DNA of 64,000 nucleotides from Escherichia coli (GTDB lineage Bacteria; Pseudomonadota; Gammaproteobacteria; Enterobacterales; Enterobacteriaceae): NCBI RefSeq assembly GCF_044324785.1, contig NZ_CP172127.1; one strand, 5' to 3'. Shown piece by piece: positions 58,692 to 64,000 of this stretch (position 1 is its first letter; each line of letters starts with the position of its first letter). The notes under the pieces were generated by a model. It saw only the letters and a program-made list of their open reading frames with translations, ran no database searches and was not told where the DNA came from. The position numbers and the translations under genes were made by a program.

Positions 58692-60143
58692 TCAGCTAAA
58701 CAACATCGCGATTTTTCCGAGAGCATAACCTATCACCAGCACCGTTAAGCTGATTTTGATAATGCTGGTAATGCTCTGTGGTTTTTCATCCTCATCATTT
58801 TTTTCTTCGTGGTTTTCAGGTGTTGGCTCATCGACATCTTCATCCTCCGGCTCGAGTTTCACTTTCGTCAACAGCATCCGGGTGATAATGGCCTCTAATG
58901 GATGAGCATCTCCACCTTCCAGCCTTGTATTAAGACGGGCCAGCATCTCTTGTTTCGGGAACGCTTCCAGCACAACCTGTTCCGCTACCCGATACAAATC
59001 CAGTAACGGTGAATCTTGTTCTGTCTCGCTACCGACTCTCGATTTCCACCACGCCCATGCTTTGCGCTTGAAGAATAACGACTCAATAAACGATTGACCT
59101 AACGGCGATAATTTTCCGCTATGTAAAATTTCCGCCCATAACAGCCGCGTCCGGGCGCTCTCACCAGGAACATATTTCAACGGTTGACCTTGCGCATCAA
59201 CCATGCTCTGCGCTTCGATAACCATCACTAACAGCGCGAAATAATCCGGGCAATGACGCTTGCTCCACTGCAACAACAAATTATCGGCTTGTGTAGATGG
59301 GTAACTCTCCCGGTATGCGCAGAGATCGGCAAGCAGGCTTTCCCCCTCGCCACAGTACAACCGTTGCGCACACTGGTAATAACGGGCATCTTCGCTTTCT
59401 GGTTCTTCTGCTTGCCACTGTTGGGCAACAGGAATGAGTTCCGCCATACCTGTTTTCACCGAGCTGTACCAGCGCAACAGTTTGCGATGTAACTTGACAT
59501 CATCAGGAATGAACCACGGACCTTCCATTGCCATAAACGCAGTGACATAGTCGGGATGGTAACGGCAGCAGCGTTCCAGCGCGAAGTAATACTCAACAGT
59601 CTGGTTCTGCAACGCGACGGGATATTCCAGAAGGCTAAGGAAACCGAAACAATCACCAGCCTGAATGGCCTCAAGAAAAGCCTCCCTTTCTTCCTCATCC
59701 ATTCCTTCGCTGTCATTAAACGAATGCCAGTTCAAACGCTCTGCCAGCAAAGAAGCACAATTTAATGAAAGATATCGCGCTTCTATAGCGATTGCACACA
59801 GCGGCCAGCGTAATTGATCGACATCCTCCATGTTCCAGGTATTTAATTGCTGAATAAATTTCTGCCAGGCGGAGGGCTGAAAACGATCACTTTCTGAATC
59901 CAGTAATGTCCTGAATGCACGTAGTATTTCATGTTCAGCGGCGGCATCTTTACCTTCATTATCTGCTTCCTCGACAGGATTTACCGCCAGTCGCAGCGCC
60001 TCTTCATAGGCCTGGCGTAATGCTTTAAACCCCTGCGGATCGGTTTCGGGATGACACAACGGTAAGCGAGCAAGATAAGCCTGGCGGATAATGTCTATTT
60101 GCGTCGTGCTTTCAATTTCGAGGATTTGCCAACATGTTTTCAT
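58692..60143 (-). CDS. djlC: J-domain-like co-chaperone, C-terminal membrane anchor
   Basis: 483-aa ORF; N-terminal J-like region ...[17 protein letters not shown]...; C-terminal hydrophobic segment [17 protein letters not shown]. Confidence 0.85.
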   Translation of the reverse strand: MKTCWQILEIESTTQIDIIRQAYLARLPLCHPETDPQGFKALRQAYEEALRLAVNPVEEADNEGKDAAAEHEILRAFRTLLDSESDRFQPSAWQKFIQQLNTWNMEDVDQLRWPLCAIAIEARYLSLNCASLLAERLNWHSFNDSEGMDEEEREAFLEAIQAGDCFGFLSLLEYPVALQNQTVEYYFALERCCRYHPDYVTAFMAMEGPWFIPDDVKLHRKLLRWYSSVKTGMAELIPVAQQWQAEEPESEDARYYQCAQRLYCGEGESLLADLCAYRESYPSTQADNLLLQWSKRHCPDYFALLVMVIEAQSMVDAQGQPLKYVPGESARTRLLWAEILHSGKLSPLGQSFIESLFFKRKAWAWWKSRVGSETEQDSPLLDLYRVAEQVVLEAFPKQEMLARLNTRLEGGDAHPLEAIITRMLLTKVKLEPEDEDVDEPTPENHEEKNDEDEKPQSITSIIKISLTVLVIGYALGKIAMLFS

Positions 60144-60847
60144 AGGTCGCTCACATCCTTAAGCGTTACCGGGCATTCAGGCTGGGCAGTCAATGGCTGC
60201 CAGGGAAGCGTGGCATAGAAACGATCGCTTCCCGCTGCCAGCTCTTCGAACATCCGACTCCCGGCGCTATCGTATTTGTACAGGGTTAGCGCCTCGCGTA
60301 GCGAAGCGTTGTCTTCGCACTGAGAAGATTGCCAGTAGAGACGCCCTAACGAATAGGCGGAAAAATAGTGCATCCAGCTGTGATAGTAATGGTGTGCTCG
60401 TATATAGACGCGCGATTGCAGCCATAAACTCTCGTCTTCCGTCAGCCACTTGTTGAGCACACCAACCCGTGATAAAAAACCCATCCGCACATAATCCCAG
60501 GCTTTGATTCCCCCTTCCCCACAACACATAGCGGTTTGGGCAACGAATTGGGTATAAATCAACCCTCTCTCCGAGCCGCCAGCAATTAATGCTTTCCACT
60601 CTTCAGGGGAAGAGCGATGCCATGTCAGATATAAGCCAGCTAAATCATTGGCATGACCATCATCGGTCATCTGATAAATAGTCTGAATTAAATCATCACG
60701 ATTATTTATTCCCCAGGATGATGAGAGATCGAATTCTTTTATCCCGGTATACATTTTTGGCGAGTCATGCGCAGGCTTGCAACCCTGATTAAGTATTTCC
60801 ATGGGCGTAGAAAGCGCAAAAAGAAGATATTGTTCTTCCTTATTCAT
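60140..60847 (-). CDS. ybeU: DUF1266 protein
   Basis: 235-aa ORF; stop overlaps djlC start (ATGA); paralogous to ybeR. Confidence 0.8.
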   Translation of the reverse strand: MNKEEQYLLFALSTPMEILNQGCKPAHDSPKMYTGIKEFDLSSSWGINNRDDLIQTIYQMTDDGHANDLAGLYLTWHRSSPEEWKALIAGGSERGLIYTQFVAQTAMCCGEGGIKAWDYVRMGFLSRVGVLNKWLTEDESLWLQSRVYIRAHHYYHSWMHYFSAYSLGRLYWQSSQCEDNASLREALTLYKYDSAGSRMFEELAAGSDRFYATLPWQPLTAQPECPVTLKDVSDL

Positions 60848-60948
60848 TTGTTAATAATCCCTTAAGTGCATTAACTGACTACTTTTTTATTATTGATGAG
60901 TATAAACTTGACGCTTTCAAAATAAAAAGAAAATCGAAGCATTCACAC

Positions 60949-61503
60949 ATGAATAAAAAATTAATGTATATATTCGCAATATTTATAGTTGCAGCAATAA
61001 CCTGTATTAGCCAACCCAAGAAAACGACGTTGCGTGATAAAGCCATGGCGAATTATGCCTTTGATTATTTAAGCTCACCGGGCAGTCTTCCATTCACCAC
61101 GGCAGCCACGGAGCTTTCCGCGATTCATGGTCACTCAACGTCGCAATATCGCCTTGGAGAATTTTATCTTCATGGTAGCGACGGTAAACCACTGGATTAT
61201 ACACAGGCGAGATACTGGTATGAGCAATCAGCGGAACAGGAAAATCCACGCGCGCAAAGTAAACTGGGGTGGATCTACCTCAAAGGTCTGGGGGTCAAAC
61301 CCGATACCCGTAAAGCAATTCTCTGGTATAAGGAAGCAGCTGAACAAGGGTATGCTCATGCTCAATATACTTTAGGTTTGATCTACAGAAACGGCTCAGG
61401 TATTAATGTTAACCATTATGAATCTCAAAAATGGTTAAAACTGGCCGCCAAACAACATTACAAAAATGCGGAAAGATTACTTGCCGGGCTTCCCGCACAT
61501 TAA
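60949..61503 (+). CDS. ybeT: Sel1-repeat (TPR-like) protein with signal peptide/TM
   Basis: 184-aa ORF; N-terminal hydrophobic segment; repeats of the Sel1 pattern (e.g. [32 protein letters not shown]). Confidence 0.8.
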   Translation: MNKKLMYIFAIFIVAAITCISQPKKTTLRDKAMANYAFDYLSSPGSLPFTTAATELSAIHGHSTSQYRLGEFYLHGSDGKPLDYTQARYWYEQSAEQENPRAQSKLGWIYLKGLGVKPDTRKAILWYKEAAEQGYAHAQYTLGLIYRNGSGINVNHYESQKWLKLAAKQHYKNAERLLAGLPAH

Positions 61504-61512
61504 CGTCGACTG

Positions 61513-62940
61513 TCACCCGAACAGATGGAGTATTTTCCCTATCAAACCGGCAAAGATAAAAATGTAGAAAATAATTTTGATGACGCCCAGACAGCCCGGC
61601 CCACCATCGTCAACGGGCATTGGCTGCGGTTGCGGCTCCGGTTCGACGGTTTGCTTCTCGGTAAAATTTGCCGCCTGAATTAATAATCGACGAATCATTA
61701 ATGCTTCCAGTGGACAACGATCTTCTGCATCAAGGCGGCTCACAATCGGCATTAATGATTCTTCTGTCGGTTGGCTGGCCTGAACTAATTGTTTAGCAAC
61801 TAAATATAATGGCCATAAGGGATGTTCTGTATCACGCGTGAGTGAGATTCGCGGCTTACGTCCTTTGTGCAAAACCATCTCGACCAGAGAACGCCCCAGC
61901 GCAGAGAGTTTTTCATCACTGAGTATTTCGTATAAATGAAAACGCGTACGAGCGCTGTCACCAGGGACATAAAGTAGCGGTTTTCCCTGATCGTTAACCA
62001 GATCACGCGCTTCAATCATCATCACCACTAATGGGTAATAATCGACCCGATGCTGACGGCACCATTGCAACATTAAAGCATCCGCCTGAGTGGAGGGATA
62101 CTCGCGCCAGTAGTCACAAAGTTCTGCCAGCAGGCTTTCGCCTTCTCCACAATAGACGCGTTGCGCGTATTCATAATAACGCGCATCTTCATTATCAGGT
62201 TCAGCTTCCCGCCACGACCGGGCGTAATCCAGAAGTTCGGGGATATCCAGACGGCTTGTGCTATACCAGCGGAGTAAATTTCTGTGCAAATTTGCATCAT
62301 CGGGGATGATCACTGCGCGATGTTGCGCTAAATACAATGTCAGCCATTCTGGATGCGATGACCAAATCCGAGCGAACATTTGGTAAAAATCGATGGTGTC
62401 ATTTTGCACGGCAACGGGCAGATGCAGAATGGTCTGGAAGTTAAAAACATTCCCCTTCGCAATGGCATATAAAAAGGATTCCAGTTCTTCTTCGTCTATT
62501 TCCCCGACGTTTTCCTCCTGCAACCACCGCAATCTTTCTGCTAATAACACCACGCACTCGAAGGATAAATGGGCAGTGTTCATGGCGATTGTGCACAGCG
62601 ACCAGCGTAATTCATCAATCTCTTCCATCGAGCAATAATTTAATTGCTGAATGAATCGCTGCCAGGCGGAGGGCAGAAAACGTTCGATATCAGAGGCAAG
62701 TAACGCGCGAAAGGCGAGCAGAATTTCATGTTCTGCTACCTCATATTCTTCTGGTTGCCAAACAGATTTAGCAGGCGACTGCGCAATCCGTAGCGCATCC
62801 TCATACGCCTGACGAAGTTGTTTAAAACCCTGCGGATCGGTTTCTGGATGAAAGGACGGTAACAGCGCCAGATAAGCGCGGCGGATAATATCGACGTCAG
62901 TCGTTTGAGATATATCGAGGATCTGCCAGCAATTTTTCAT
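61513..62940 (-). CDS. djlB: J-domain-like co-chaperone, C-terminal membrane anchor
   Basis: 475-aa ORF paralogous to djlC ([36 protein letters not shown]); C-terminal hydrophobic tail. Confidence 0.85.
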   Translation of the reverse strand: MKNCWQILDISQTTDVDIIRRAYLALLPSFHPETDPQGFKQLRQAYEDALRIAQSPAKSVWQPEEYEVAEHEILLAFRALLASDIERFLPSAWQRFIQQLNYCSMEEIDELRWSLCTIAMNTAHLSFECVVLLAERLRWLQEENVGEIDEEELESFLYAIAKGNVFNFQTILHLPVAVQNDTIDFYQMFARIWSSHPEWLTLYLAQHRAVIIPDDANLHRNLLRWYSTSRLDIPELLDYARSWREAEPDNEDARYYEYAQRVYCGEGESLLAELCDYWREYPSTQADALMLQWCRQHRVDYYPLVVMMIEARDLVNDQGKPLLYVPGDSARTRFHLYEILSDEKLSALGRSLVEMVLHKGRKPRISLTRDTEHPLWPLYLVAKQLVQASQPTEESLMPIVSRLDAEDRCPLEALMIRRLLIQAANFTEKQTVEPEPQPQPMPVDDGGPGCLGVIKIIFYIFIFAGLIGKILHLFG

Positions 62941-63644
62941 AGGTCGCTCATATCCTTAAGCGTTTCCGGGCATGCAGAATAGTAAGCCAATGGTTGCCAG
63001 GACAAGGTAGGGTAATACGCATCATCACTGGCAAATAATTGATAAAACATATCATTGCCGGAATCGTCGTATTCTTTACGCGCTAAGAATTCACGTAATA
63101 ACTGAAGATTATCATCTTCGGGAGACTGCCAATATTGCCGACCAAAGGTATAACCGGCAAAGTATTGCCGCCAGTTACTATAATAACGTAGAGCCCGTAG
63201 ATGAATACGCGACTGGATCCATAGACTTTCTTCTTCACTCAACCAGTTATTAAGTACGCCCATTCGGCTTAAAAAACCCATCCGGACATAATCCCAGGCT
63301 TTAATTCCTCCCTCACCACAGCATTCGGCGGTGCTGGCGACAAATTGCGCATAAGCCTGACCTTGCTCATTTAATTCAGCAAGATAGTCACGCCATTCAC
63401 ATGGCGAATAACGAAACCAGCAGTGATAAAACCCTGCCAACCGCGCGGCATGACCGTTATCAATCATTCGGTGAATTGTGCGCAGCAGGTCATCACGGTT
63501 ATCAATTCCCCAGGAGGAAGAAAGGTCAAAAAAGCGTGTACCTAAATACATTTTGGGGGATGAATGCGAAGGTAAACAGCATTCATTGCGTATTTCCATC
63601 GGAGTGGAAAGTGCAAACAATATTTTTTGCGACTCCATGTCCAT
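62937..63644 (-). CDS. ybeR: DUF1266 protein
   Basis: ORF 62937..63671; ATG at 63644 ([18 protein letters not shown]) 8 nt after AAGGA; stop overlaps djlB start. Confidence 0.8.
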   Translation of the reverse strand: MDMESQKILFALSTPMEIRNECCLPSHSSPKMYLGTRFFDLSSSWGIDNRDDLLRTIHRMIDNGHAARLAGFYHCWFRYSPCEWRDYLAELNEQGQAYAQFVASTAECCGEGGIKAWDYVRMGFLSRMGVLNNWLSEEESLWIQSRIHLRALRYYSNWRQYFAGYTFGRQYWQSPEDDNLQLLREFLARKEYDDSGNDMFYQLFASDDAYYPTLSWQPLAYYSACPETLKDMSDL

Positions 63645-63807
63645 ATAATTTATCCTTAAATATTCATTCAATGAATATTAACCACGTTGCGAGGCTCATT
63701 TATTTATACTTTTCTGACGCAACATAATACGCATAAAATAAGGTTTACGCAAAAATGGAACACATAAAAATATAATATGCTTTATATGCAACCATAAGGA
63801 AATGATA

Positions 63808-64000
63808 ATGATTTTTACGTCAAGTTGCTGCGATAATTTATCAATAGATGAGATTATCGAACGTGCTGAAAAAGGCGATTGCGAGGCTCAATATATTATT
63901 GGGTTTTATTATAATCGCGATAGCGCAATTGACTCTCCGGACGACGAAAAGGCTTTTTACTGGCTGAAGCTGGCCGCTGAGCAAGGTCATTGTGAAGCAC
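63808..64000 (+). CDS. ybeQ: Sel1-repeat protein, N-terminal part (3' end beyond window)
   Basis: ORF open to window end: MIFTSSCCDNLSIDEIIERAEKGDCEAQYIIGFYYN...; AAGGA RBS upstream. Confidence 0.7.
   Translation, partial: MIFTSSCCDNLSIDEIIERAEKGDCEAQYIIGFYYNRDSAIDSPDDEKAFYWLKLAAEQGHCEA

Overview
This window reads as an Escherichia coli-type chromosomal segment, almost entirely core genome, identified by recognising the translated ORFs from memory (no database search was run). In window order it runs from the ybgQ fimbrial usher through abrB, nei, pxpABC, dtpD, phr, an Rhs toxin locus, kdpFABCDE, pgm-seqA, fldA-uof-fur, chiPQ, glnS, the nag genes, asnB, a 5-tRNA operon, ubiF, miaB, ybeZYX-lnt, gltIJKL, rihA and the hscC/djlC/djlB cluster to ybeQ. 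No CRISPR array, IS element, integrase or prophage was seen. The only clearly accessory segment is the Rhs locus at about 12.0-18.2 kb: a full-length rhsC-type gene with an overlapping immunity gene, followed by an orphan Rhs C-terminal toxin cassette and a signal-peptide ORF, set in visibly AT-rich DNA. That orphan cassette with a candidate secreted immunity protein is the best candidate here for something uncharacterised. Other points worth a second look are apparent differences from the K-12 gene order as I recall it (no speF-potE block between kdpE and pgm; 5 rather than 7 tRNAs) and the tandemly duplicated Sel1 / DUF1266 / J-protein modules beside hscC. Gene starts were refined by eye from RBS spacing and known protein lengths; all comparisons to K-12 are from memory and need alignment to confirm.
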